This document shows, in pieces, positions 9,848-23,000 of a stretch of 38,703 bases of DNA. Made by a program: the position numbers and the translations under genes. The stretch is from Chlorokybus atmophyticus (Eukaryota; Plantae; Mesostigma and Chlorokybus algae). Each line of letters starts with the position of its first letter. Position 1 is the stretch's first letter. The notes under the pieces are model-generated. The model saw only the letters and a list, made by a program, of their open reading frames with translations, was not told the DNA's origin and did not search any database. Location of the stretch: contig RHPI01001946.1 in assembly GCA_009103225.1 (NCBI GenBank), forward strand, positions 278,420 through 317,122. Reading direction: 5' to 3'.

Positions 9848-12800
9848 ATGCGGCGGGCGGCGCCGCTTTTGGGGACTAGGCTGCGGGCCGCCCACGCAGC
9901 CGCCCGCCGCCGGGCTGGTTTGGCCTCTTCAACTGGGAGCAAAGGATCTCCTCCAACTCCGCCGAAGCAAAACGGTGCTCAAGTACATCAGCCACAGGTG
10001 CCATGCAGAGACCAATGCAATGCATGCTCTGTTATTATTGCAGCATGAGCACATCACGCCGATGGTCCCGTCATGCTGGGAAAAATGCCGGTTGTTAACT
10101 CCATCAATTTCAGCGGTGTAAGCTGTCGGTATTGTATGGGACACATGCAATAACGCTTTCCCAAGGCTGATGCCTTTATCTGTGTTTCATGTTTGTCGAC
10201 AATGCATGGTTATTGACAGACGGTGAAAACTTTTGCAGTTCGTAAGCAGCACCATTGCATTGTGCACAAGCAATGATTTGTGTAATGCTCTTTGCATGTA
10301 TGTCAGCCAAGTCGCCTGTCACTGCGGTCGCATTGGCATGACGTCCCTGACAGACAAACGCACTCATACGAGCCAATGAGTGTGCTGCATCGTGCGTATC
10401 TTCGCCAATGTAGGTGTAGGATAGATGCATCCATGCAGTGCAAGTGTTTGCAAGGCATCATTTTTCCAGCATTACCATTGCCGCCAAAATTTATAGCGTC
10501 CCCACAGTGAGTTTGCTTCACAGGCAAAGCCTAAGGCTTCGGGGCCTGCCGCTGCCCCGACAGCACCAAAACCATCGACATCTGCACCTTCTGCACCACC
10601 GGCAGCTGGACCCATCACGCCGCCACCCCCACCCCCACCTGCATCCTCAAGGCGGTGGTTGTGGACTTCCCTCACAGCAGCAGCAGGGTTGGCGCTTGGT
10701 GTTGGTGCTGTATATGTGGACCCTTCGCGTCTGCCACCTGCGTTGCAACCATGGCAGGAACAACTGCGGCAGCTGCCTGCGAACCTGAAGTCTACCATAG
10801 GCCAAAATGAGGCATCAGACAAGCAGCAACAGCAGCAGCGGCAGCGGCAGCGGCAGCAGCGGCAGGAGCAGCAGCAACAGCAGCGGCAAGAACAGCAGCA
10901 ACAGCAGCGGCAGGAGCAGCAGGAGCAGCAGCAGCAGCAGCATGGGTCGTACATGCGTGAACATCAGGAGCAACCACAGGAACAGCCTGTCACATTGCAG
11001 GACACCAATCTTTCAGGACATGAGGTTGAGCAACTGCAGGCTGCAGCAGTTGAGCAGTTCGCTGATGCGCAGCGTGAGCTGCGGTCGCATTCAGAGACCG
11101 CCAAACATCATGCTGAAGCTGCAGAAACGTTCATTGATGGCCACATCAAGTCACAAAAGTCAGCTGCAGCGGTGCGTTGCGTTCTGTCTTATGGCTTACA
11201 AAGCTGTCCAGTTGTGTCGCATCACGCACATATAGTTAACTAAAGGCAGGGTGGCAGTCGTGCAAGTGGCCAAAAGCTGCAACTCATGTCTGCTCCTAAT
11301 ATGTAGTATTGTGGCAGCTTGAAGTGGAGAGCACAAACACTGGCAACTCAAACTTCGTTAAACTGCAGTCGTCTCCGCACCGGATTGAAAGCATGGAGGA
11401 GGCGGGTACAGACAAGAAGGATACTCGGGAGTCGATGCGGGAAGCGGCGCAAAGCAGAGATGCTAGCCCTGCTGGATCAGGTGAGGTGTAGCAGTGGCAC
11501 GGATGGTTTGGTAACAGGCAACAATTGCCCGCCATGATCATGGTTGTGTCACTGCAGTATAACATTGGTATTTGGTACATGTCACACTCGTTTGTGAGAG
11601 TTTTTGGATCACAAGCATGCGCAATAATGCCGTTTGCATTGATTGGGAAACTACAGGTGTTGCGGAGGCTGCAGCGGCTGTAGCTGCTGCAGCGGCACAG
11701 TCAGCTGCGCAAGACGCCAGCCGTTTGCTTGCTGACATGCGAGCAGAAGCGGAGGCACGCGTGGGCCTTCCAACAACATCTGCGCAACCATCACTGAGCG
11801 AGCAGAGCACTGTAGCTGTGGATGCACTGCTGGAAAACGCTAAACAACAACAGCAAGCCGTGGAGCCCGCTAGTGTTGATGGGGCAGAGGGTGAACGTGC
11901 TGTGTCAGAGGACGTTGGCGCGGTTGAAGAGTGGCGCAGAGCGCAGGGCCTAGTGCTTGTTGAAGCCATCCGAGCCGCGGAGCAGCGGCAAGCACAAGCT
12001 GATGCTATCAAGTTTAATGAGGTTTTGAAGCAACGAGATGATGAGACAGCGCGTGCCCTGCAGGCCGCACATGATGAAGCAGCTCGTCGGGCTCAGCAGG
12101 TACAATCTTAATAAATGCTGTTGTTGTCACGTTGGCTGAGGGTTTTCGTGCGTGTCCACACAGGTCAAGCAGCTTCAGGAGAGGTTGGAGGTCGGCACGA
12201 AGGCAATGAGGTCGGCACTTGAGGAGCAGCGGCGCGCGGCGGAGTTGAGGCTGACACAGGCGCTTGCACACAAGGAACAGGACGCGCAGGCCAAGGTGGA
12301 GGCCGCTATTGCTGACGAGCGTGTCAAGACAGAGGAGGGCCTGCTACAGGAGCGCATGGGGCGCATGAAGGCCATTGATGATCTTCGGATGAAGGTCAGC
12401 CGGTTGTATTGGGATGCATGCCCTGAGGATGTTGAAGATGTACTACATGCAAGATATATGCAAGACATGCAAGATGTGCAAGATGCAAGATGTATGCAAG
12501 ATGTACTACATGCTACACAATGGCCATGTTGTTGTCCTTTGCATCGTTGCAAAGGCAGCACGCACCAAGACTGAGTTGTTAGCTACTAGAATGTTTACTA
12601 CGAACACTCTTATCACTGGCATGGTTTGAGGGTATGTGCCACTAACAATCTCACTTGCCTTTCCAGATCAATGCATTGCAACAAGCATTCAGCCGGAGAT
12701 CAGATGAGGCTCACCAGTCTCACAAGGCTCACATGATCACCATGGGCGCATCGGCCTTGAGCGCAGCGGCTGATGAAGGCCGGCCGTTCAAGGCTGAAGC

Positions 12801-13541
12801 CGAGTTGCTCCTTTCTGCCTCACACTCTGATGAGGAAGGCGACCCCTTTGTGTTGGCTATCCTCTCCTCTCTACCGCACGAACTGGCTGAACGGGGAGCA
12901 CCCACTCGCACGCAGCTGGCCGACCGATTTGCACAAGTGAAGCGTAATGCACGACAGGTTTGTTGCCATGCAATGTACAGCAGACAAATTGCACCATTTT
13001 AAGCATGTAGTGAGCCCCCAATGCAAGTAGTAAGCTTATGTGATTGCTAAGGCTGCATGACAGGTTGCCTTAGTACCAGAAAATGGCGGTGGTGTCCTGA
13101 CATATGGACTCGCACATGTAGCTTCCAAGCTGAAGTTGCCAGAGTATGGTGCCTATTTGCCTGAAGGTATGCCACCCATGCATGATATGCCACACACAAG
13201 TCGAGTCACGCTTGTTTCCCGCTAACTCCCCTTGTCCAGGAGGCGGTTCAGAGGCAGTTCTAGCGCGTGCGGAAGCTCATCTCACAGCTGGGAACCTTGC
13301 TGGTGCAGCTGATGAGTTGCAAAGCGGACTTGCGGGTAAGTGTAGGTCGTTGACATGTAATGTTTTCGATGCACATGTCATCAACTCATTAGGCTTGTAT
13401 GTGCTGTCTGCTGCGACAGGGTCAGCGGCATCAGCAGCTGCCAAGGATTGGGTTGCGGCAGCGCGGGAACGCGCACTTGTAGAGCAAAATCTGGCTGCTT
13501 TGAGAGCACATGCTGTCACTCTTGCCGCTGGCCTAACGTAG
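9848..13541 (+). CDS. MIC60: MICOS subunit MIC60 / mitofilin (~743 aa)
   Basis: Exons 9848-9982, 10524-11171, 11318-11480, 11657-12099, 12164-12394, 12667-12957, 13064-13166, 13240-13335, 13420-13541, all phases consistent. Arg/Ala presequence, one TM (WLWTSLTAAAGLALGVGAVYV), long coiled coil and a C-terminal mitofilin domain (ALSAAADEGRPFKAE...GAPTRTQLADRF...GGVLTYGLAHVASKLK...DWVAAARERALVEQ). Confidence 0.9.
10822..10940 (+). repeat. Coding CAG/CGG/GAG repeat giving a Q/R/E tract in MIC60
   Basis: Encodes QQQQQRQRQRQQRQEQQQQQRQEQQQQQRQEQQEQQQQQ. Confidence 0.9.
12437..12513. repeat. Intronic minisatellite (six TGCAAGA units) flanked by a GATGTACTACATGC direct repeat
   Basis: TGCAAGA at 12448, 12459, 12468, 12477, 12484, 12495; 14-nt direct repeat at 12437 and 12500, inside MIC60 intron 12395-12666. 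Confidence 0.8.
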
Positions 13542-14051
13542 CACCACACTGGTGTGCTGCATTTGCTGTGCCATATTGTGGAATCCCCGAAGAATTCCTG
13601 GCTGCGCCTCACAAGACATTGCATGCGTCCGATGATTTCGCAAACAAGTTACAAGCACAACCTGGAATGTCTTCTCAATGTGACGCTAAATACATAATGG
13701 CTTGGCTCAACTTCAATCTGAAATAAACCATATCACGTCACCCGTCGTAGTGCATTTGAGTTGCCCAAAATGTGCCATTAAGTCTCTAGTCCATCATCAA
13801 GTGGTGAATATAGTGCAGAAGACAGTGTTAGTAACAATGCTGTCAGCTACTGCTACTGTCTGCGAATATAGCAACAATGGTAAGCGGTATAGTACAAGTC
13901 TTTTGCTCAACTCTGACTGTGTACACGAAACTGTACTGAGAAAAGCAGGACGCAGGCCATGTGTCCCCAAGCGCTATTTTCACGGGGCTGGCAGACCACA
14001 CAAAGTAGTCATGTGCGTCCACGCCCACAACAAGCTGTAGACTGTACACCT

Positions 14052-17000
14052 TTAATGGTTAGATGCGAAGGTGGATGTAGGCAACGGCGGGCGCGTAAGC
14101 GTTGGCGCCTGAAGCTTGCGCTTGCGTGGCGTGCCGCCCTCATCATCAAACCCGAGCGGATGGCTCGCAAGAGGTCCCTTTGTCGGGGCGTACATCGCCT
14201 CCAACATGGGATCACTCTTGTAAGCGGGTGCCGGCACGTCCTTCACCTTGTTGGCACGACGCCGACGCCGGCAGCAGTACACACCCACAATGGCACCGAT
14301 GATGACAAGTACAAGTAGCAAAGCTCCACCCAAACCAGCCCCGAGGGCAATGCCCAACGCTGAGGACTTCTTGGCGGAAGGGGATGTGGCCCCACTACCA
14401 CCAGCGTTACTGCGTGTGGATGCGGGGAGACATGTGGCGCTACCCGAGTCGCGGTACCAACTTGTAGCACATTCAGAGCAGTCCGTGCCGGTATAACCAC
14501 TATAACAAGCACATGTGCCACTCGCGGCGTGACACACGCCGTGAGCGCTGCACTGCTGACCGTTGGTGTTGGACAGGGGGCACATCACGAGGGAGTACGG
14601 GCAGTCCAATGCACAACATGTGGACACGCCGTCCTCCCCGCACCTCTCACCCATCTCGCACAACCTGTTGCCGCACACGCCCTCCGCCGTCACGTTGGCC
14701 ACCGCGTCAATAGTTGTGTCGGTACCGGCGAGTTGTCCACCCGAAGCCGCAGAGAGAGCCGTGCTGATCTGGTTCAGACCCAACGCACCCGAAGAAGTGG
14801 AAGTACTCGCCTTGTTGGGATTGTATTTGAATGTGATTGTGCCTGTTGTGCCGCTTTGCAACAAACGTCGTCGCCTCCAACCAGCGCTCGTGTACTCGCC
14901 AGAATCAACCGTCTCAATTGTGCTCACGTCCGCACCCAACATGCTCGCCAACCCGTACTCTACCGTCCCATACTGCAGAAGAAAGGTTCCAACATCAGCA
15001 TCACTGATGACCAATCACATTGCAACATGTAGGCCTTCTCCAAACCATTGCACTACACTATGGTGTGTATGTGTGTATGTACAGTGCATCATAGTGCAGA
15101 GCGGCAGAGTCAAGTGTTGTATCGTAGAGTTACAAACATCATGTATGGTACATATGGGTTGTTACATGATGTTGTACACAGCCACCTTATGGTGTGATTG
15201 CGGCAATATGTATGTACCTGGCTTGAAGTGCTTGCGTTGGCGCCATCGTTCTGCACCGTGCTGATATGAAGCACGGCGACCGTGGCGCAGCTCGTCCCGT
15301 CCCCGTCGCACACGCCGCATGTGTCGATGTTGCCGCTCTTGCAGCAGAGGCCGCCGTAGTCGAGGACGTCGCAGCCGGCGCCGGCGGCATCAACGGAGGA
15401 GGAGAGGCCATCGCACACGCCCAACGCATCCAACACACCACTGGATGAGGAGACAACACACACATGAGCACCATTGCAAGCATGATTGAAGAGGGACAGC
15501 ATGACACACGCACGCACGCGCACGCGCACGCACACACTGTGCTTTGTCACCCGTCCTCTCACCTTTCACAGCACATTGCGTCCTTGTCTAAGACTGCCTC
15601 ACCGCCGCTGCAGCACATGCCAACCTTGTCGACGGCCGTCGTGCAGCACCTGGCAGAATACAATGAGAGGGTTGAGTAAAGCTTGCCACAGTATCATGCT
15701 ATGCAGCACTCCGTCCACGTGCATGCTTGAACGTGCATGTATGTGTGTATGTGTAACTCATACCTTCCAAGGATATCGATCGCGTGTCCTTCGCATCCAG
15801 GCGGCAGCTGGCAGTACTTTCCAGTGTACCCATCCCCGCACGCGCACTTTGCGTTGGCACACACGCCATGTCCCGAGCACCCCTCTCCATTACAAAAATC
15901 ACACGGGTCCGTGCCACACTCCATCACTTCAGGTAGTTTCAGCACCCCCTGGCAAGAACCTGACGAGGCTGCGTTGCTGCCATCAGAGGCCTGGCAGGTG
16001 ACCTGACGGGCAGCGAAGCCGCCCCCGCAGGTGCGTGAACAGGGACCCCAGGACCCAACATTCCAACCGTACGTCACGCAGGCACCCTGGTGACAACCAC
16101 GGGACTCCGCTGGCTTGGAGGAGGAGATACACATACCCACATCCACAACACTACTTGTTGTGCTGTCCACGCACTCTACGGTCCGTGTCTGCGTGCCTCC
16201 CCCGCACACTTTGGTACAGTTGCTCCACGCCGTTGTGCGCCAATAATGCTCGGGACACGTCTGCGTGCTACAACTTTTACTCGTCGGGTACGCGTCCAAG
16301 TCGTTGCACTTTGTCGTTGGGTCTGTCGGGTACGCTCCCGTGGTCGCATCAGCACACAAAACGGTGCGGTATTGCGTCCCCCCGTCGCAGGTGGCGTCGC
16401 ACTCGGTCCACGCGGAAGAGTACACGCCGTAGCGAGAACAAGGGATGGAGTTGCACTGTCTATATGCTACAGGAGCAGTTAGAGAAGCGCAGTCTGAGTC
16501 TGATGCAGTTCTTCCGTCGCTGTAGCCGCAAACTACTGTCCGGACCTGAGGGGACATGTGCACACGCATCAGTACCACATGGAGGTTTGTCAAGTGGTGG
16601 TGGTTGAAAGTGCGCGCGGCCATGTCTTGAATGAAGTTGTCAAGCAATAATGGTACGCACGCACGCATGCACACATGCTGCTATGGGTCAGCTTGTAAAG
16701 ACAAGTGTGTGTACAAGTGTGTACATGCGTGCGTGCGCGTGCGCGTGCCTGTGCGCGTGTGCGCGTGTGTGTAAGAGAGTGCGTGTTAGTATGTTTATGT
16801 CTGCCACTCATAGACAAATTGGTTGTCTCACCTGAACACCACTTCCGCACGGTTGCGAGCACGGCGTCCAATCCGACGCGAACCACGCCGCCTGTCCGTC
16901 ACTCAACGCCCTATTATCCCCACTACTCCCACTATCTCCACTCCACCTCTGCGGCGAGCTGCACTCATCGCTACAATGCTTGGGTCCATTCTTCACAAAC

Positions 17001-20000
17001 CCTCCATTATACATATCAAGCGCTAGTTTCGCCAGATACACGGCCGCCAAGTCGTTGAGTCTGAATGAACACTTGGGCAAAGCTTTGGTTGAACACCAAG
17101 TGAGTAATGTGTCTATTGGAGTCTTGTCGCAACCGTTGGCGACATTGATTGAAGAGGTCACGAAGGAACGGCCGAGAGAGTAGAAAGGGTCGCCGGAAGT
17201 GCTGCCGAGGATGTTTTTGTAGGAGACGCCGCAGACGGAAGAGGTGGAGGGGATGGATTTGGGCCAGGAGTTGGACTTGGTTTGCCACCAGTTCTGGAAA
17301 AGAGAAGAGGCGGTGAGGGATGCACACACGTACGGGCACGCATGCATGCATATGCAGTCACACACGCACACGCGCATGCGTGCGCATACACATGCGAGCG
17401 TGTGTCACAGAGACACATACACACACAGAGATACACACGCACGCACGCACGAACGCCAAGTGTAACTTGTTTCTTTGTTTGTTTCAAGACATTGCAATAC
17501 CTGAGTGTATGAGCAGGTGGTTGTTGTTGGAGACGGGGTTGGCGTAGAGCTCACTGTGCAGGCTGTGGAACAAAGCCATCGCACATCAATTAATACTATC
17601 AACTCGCGACACACACAACACAAAGACCACAAAGTCCATCATCTCACACCTGGCAGCGCATCGTTGCCGAGGTTCCAATTCCCCAACAAATTCCCGATTG
17701 TGACGGCGTCATCGTTGTCATCGCTGTCATCATCATCATCTATGCCATCAAGATCACTGATACGACTTTTATACAAACACCTCTTCTCCAACATACTCTT
17801 GGCTTTGCGCGTAGACTTGATAAGATAATCGTGCGTGCACCCGTTGGCAATGTTGAGACTGGCAGAGATGTAATGTTGGGCCAAAAAGGTCCAGGGACTT
17901 TTTCCAGGATCGGATGTGGTGTTCCCGAGGACCTCCACCCAACTCTTCCCGCAAAGGGACTGAGGACCCTTCACGGGCCAGCCTCGGGACCTCCAGTAAG
18001 AGGGGTTCCAGACACAGTCTCCGCAGCAAGTAGGACTTGGGCTGGGAGCAGGACTATTTCCAACATCACCACCGCCAACATTATCATCATCGTGTTCAAA
18101 GTTGCACACATCGTCGATATCATCGTCATCGCCAGTCGTATCATCATCGTTACAGCGTGACACGCCTTTCTTCCCGCGGTTGAAATCACTCAGGGCCGAT
18201 ATGACGTGTAATGCTTGCACCGTGTTGTTGTTCATGAGTTGCTTGTTGCATGACGAGCACGCCCACTTTGCCCATATGATGTTGTCCGCGACATCATCCG
18301 TATCAGCTCCATTATTCACATTCAGCGTGGCGCACGCCAACTCTTTCCCGAGCGATATCGACACATCCGAGGCTTGCGCCGAGGTCCCGAACCAGGTCTG
18401 GTAAGAAGTCCCGCAAAGGGACCAAGAGGAGGATGAACCCTTCCAGGACTTGGGATTCTTCCCCCACCAGGACTTCTTACGCACGCAACCGGAAGGTGTT
18501 TGTGTGCCTTTGCAACCGGTAATGCCACACACGCCGGAGACTGAGACGGTGCCACGCACGGTGGAAGGAGAGGTTTGGTCCAACTCGATGGTGGCGACGC
18601 CGGTCGTGTACTTGCCGGGCAACTCAAGACTGTACTCGACAGTCATCTGTGCAGGCATATAGAGTGAGATTGTGCGTGTGTGGGTGTGGGTGTGGGTGTG
18701 GGTGTGCGCGTGCATGCGCAGGCAAGCGTCTATGTTGGTGTGTGCATGCATGCGTGCGCGTGTGTAAGTGTATTTGTTAGTGCGTGCAAGCACCAACATG
18801 CATGCATGCATATAGGTGGGCACGCACATACATGAGTATGCAAGAATGTCAGATTGCCAAAATGTGACTACAATATTTGTAGTGCAGGTTTGAGTGTGTA
18901 TTGAAACCTGTGTTGAGTCGCTGAAGCCAAAGTCCCACAGAAACATCCTTTTCCCATTCACCGTCACGATCTCCGCGGTTCTTCCCGTCCCTTGCGGTCC
19001 CCACGCAATAGTATCAATCGTTCCCGCCACGCACGTTGGCAACTGCACTCTGAACCCCGACACTTGTGACGAAGACCCACTCAACCTCTTCAACGTCCAC
19101 GTGAAGCGTGTGACGTTGGACTTGACATCGTAGCGAGAGCACTTCTTGTTGAAGGTGACCCAGAGACCGTTGGCTTTGGGAGCGTCCCATTGGGGACTGC
19201 ATGTTGTGTCGGAGGGGGGGGAGGAGGNGTTAACATCTGGACGGCCATCGTTGCCTGAGGGTTGTGCCGGTCTGTGTTTTTGGACATGAATGGTGAGGCC
19301 GGTGGATTGGTAGCAGAAATGGCTGATGTAATCACGGAAACGGCTTGGGTATCTGGAGGGGGGAGGGGGGGGAGGAGGGGGAGGGGGAACATCATCGGCG
19401 CACTGGGGAGGGCCACGCTTGCCCCCGCACCAATCATCGAGGTCCTGCAGGTGCATCGCACTGTCACTTTCACTCTCACTCTCACTCTCTTACACGCATA
19501 CGCACACGCACACGCACACGCACACGCATACCAATGGGCGTACACGCGCACGCGCACGCACGCACACACGCATACCTTGATGGCATTCTTGATCTTTGCC
19601 CTGTCATCGTCATCAGCATCATAGCCATTCTTGTTGCTGTAACCGCTATAACTCTTGCTGTTGACTTTGCACTTCTTCAGAGCCACTTGCGCTACAGCAA
19701 AAGCCTTTGCCACAGCTTTGTTGTCACAACCAGTATTCTTATTCAGATACGCCGATACATAACTCCTCTGCAGATGTGCAATAAGTTTGTTGTCGTCATC
19801 ATCATCATTGGTGTTGTCGTAGTCGTTGTCATCGTTGGCAGCATCCGACCACTTCTTGCCACAACATTTCCAGTCTTTTCCCCCACTCGGCCACTTGTTG
19901 GTGTACTTGCGCCAGTAATTGCGCGAGCGCACGCACGGCGTGGTGGATGTTGTTGGTGTTGGCGCAGGTGCAGGTGAGGGTGAGAGACCCTCGCCTGGAC

Positions 20001-23000
20001 ACAATTTGTTGTTGTTGTACGGCTTCACGGCATTGTTGAACGCCTCGAGGACGGCTGATACAGCAGTAGCTTGAGTTGTGTTCGTGCAGCCGCACGTGGC
20101 GAGTGTGGACTCGGCCCACGCGAGTGCATCAGCTACGGGTGATGTGTTCACGCCGTTGAGACCGTTTAACACGGCGCTGATATACTGCCTCGCAAGATTG
20201 ATAACCACAGGGTTCTTTGTCTTCGGCGTCTTCTTCATGATGTACCACCACGACTTGCCGCATAACCTCTTACCACCATACTGCCCATTCGTTGGCCAGT
20301 TGAGACAATCCGCCCAATACCCGGGCGTGTGCACGCATATGTTGGGTGGAGGGGGTGGAGGTCCACTCGCCGGGGGCGGGTAACAAATTTCAGGTCCACA
20401 TATAGAAGGAGCAGATACAATATTCCCAGAAGGCTCCACAATCTGCATGGCAACAGGTCCCAACCTCAATGCAACAGGGACCTCCACGGTGTAGTTGACC
20501 ATCAATGTGGCGTCATCGGGGAACAAGAAGGCGAACTCGAGGAATTGTGTGCCAGCTACGTTGACGAGGTTCACACTGTTGCCGCCAGTGTTGGGGCCCC
20601 AGTTTAGGTCACCGGGACGGGTACCGAAACAGCAAGGGACCTCAATGCGGAAGGACCCACGCCCCACCTGATGTACATAGATACAAATCAGTAGTTACTT
20701 GGTGAACTAGTATAGAGACAATAGACACGAGTAATAGACAAAGACCAAGAAAAGTAACCAGCATTATTTGAAGTGGACTCTCAGACCTCTAAAGATGTAC
20801 CCATTGTCATTTCAATATTACCTGAGTTGGGAACAGTGGCTGTCGCTTGACGAGGTAGGATATGAGTGTCTTTCGCGTGGCTGTGTTGTAGCTCCTATCC
20901 ATATTCACCCAATATCCAGTGTTGCCATCATCGAAGTGCGGGTTGCAATCGGCGTCGGGTACAACTACTGGTGGTGCAGACACAGAGGCAATACCACATA
21001 TGCTCGGGGCCTGGATGATGTTGTTGTTTGGTTGCACTATCTGCATTGCCACGGGACCCGTGGCGAAATCGTTGGCAACCTCAACAAAATATTGCACCAT
21101 CATCTGCGTGTTGTTGTCGAAGCCGAAGGTGAACTCGAAGAAGTACACGCCGTTGATTGTTGTGATGGATGCGGCTTTGGTCTGACCCGCAGGTCCCCAG
21201 ATTAGGTCCGCATTGGTTAGGGCTGTTGGGACCTGAACCCGAAACTTTCCCACCTGAGCATTGGCAATCTGACCCTGCCTTTTCACCTGCCAGGTGAAGC
21301 GCGTGCGGCCGTTCAACGTGGGTGAAGGCGAGTACCAAAAGTCCACCCAGTAGCCCTGCACGCCCGCGTCGAATGTTGGGTTGCAGTCGTCTCCACACGG
21401 GGGCGGGTAGTACGTTGGTGGAGGTGGAGGAGGTGCAGGGAGTGTGTAACATTGCGCGGGTCCACATACTGTCACCAATACAACATTGCCATTTGCATCG
21501 ACCACGTGGGCCGTTACGGGAGCGAGCTGAACCCCGCCGGGGAGAGCCAACGTGTACGCGTTGCTGGAGAACTGCCATTCCAGATACAATACCCCGTTGA
21601 TTGTGACGATATCCGCGTCCACAACGCTGCCGTCACGCGGACCCCACGCCAACAAGTCCGCGTTGTTGCCGAAGCAACACGGGACCGCTATACGGAAGGC
21701 CGAGAAGGGTGATGCGCGTGAGACAGAGTATGTGAGGATTGTAGCGCTGTCTGTTGTATCCACCACACGTGTCATGTCCACGCGCACGTCGCTGGACACG
21801 CCGTTGCTCGAGCATGACAGATCTGCAGGTGGAAGCGATGTTGTTGCCGGCGCGGGTGATATTGACATCAGGCCGCAGATGGATGGAGCTGATATCGTCG
21901 CCACGTTGTTGGGTGGGTCGAGTTGCATCGCAACGGGACCCGTAACAAACCCGCCGCCAGCTTTAAGTTGAAGAGAGTATTGCACCATCATCTGTGTGTC
22001 GGAGTCAAAGCCAGCAGTCCACTCAAAGAACACCACATTGTTTATAGTGGTGATGCGGGCGGTTTTACCCGCACCACTTGGGCCCCACGCCAGCGTGTTG
22101 GGGTCCACGTTGGCGTAGTTGCTCGGCAAACCCACCCTAAACTTCAGCACTTGTGCGTTGGCCACCTGACCCTGGCGCTTGACTTGCCAGATGAAGATAG
22201 TGTTGCCGTTGGCGTCGGGCGCAGGAGCGTACCAAAAGTCCACCCAATAGCCTTTGTCCCCTGCGTCGAATGTTGGGTTGCAGTCACTACCGCAAGGAGG
22301 CGGGTAGCTTGGTGGCGGGGGAGGCGGGAGCGGGTAACACGCCACGGGTCCACATATTGACCCGACCCGGATGAGTTGAGCCCCCAGAGGACTAATGATC
22401 TGAGCTTGAACAGGTGCAATCTGGATCCCCGTTGGCACGCTAAGCGTGTACGTCACCATCGCCACATCAGAAGTAGCGAACCCGAAGCTCCACTCAAAGT
22501 AACGCACACCACTTTCAGTGACGAGCCGAGCGGTGTTCCCGCTGTCACGTGGACCCCACTCGACCAGGTCCGTGCGGGACCCGAGACAACACGGCAACGC
22601 TACTCTGAAAGCGGCACCCGCCCCAACTTGTGCGTCCACCATAGGCTGTCTCTTCACTGTGTAGGAGAGGAGAGTGCGGCCTAAGTTGATGTCAACTGAC
22701 TTCGACATCGAGAGCCAGTAACCGCCGCCTTGATCGGTTGTATAGTCAAAGTTGGGGTTGCACTGCTGATCTGCACACACACAACGGAAGCAAGTCAGTG
22801 ACAGCTTTCATCACTATCAACGAGCAAGCAATCGTTGTATCCTACTCTCATCATATCACTTTTATCCCCCTCAACACGTAAACAAATGCGTGACACACGC
22901 ACGCATGCAGATGCACGAACACACAGGCTTGCATGCACGCACACATGTATGCACAGGGTGGGCAAGAATGCTATGCTAATTGATATCAGCCGCAGCAGCG

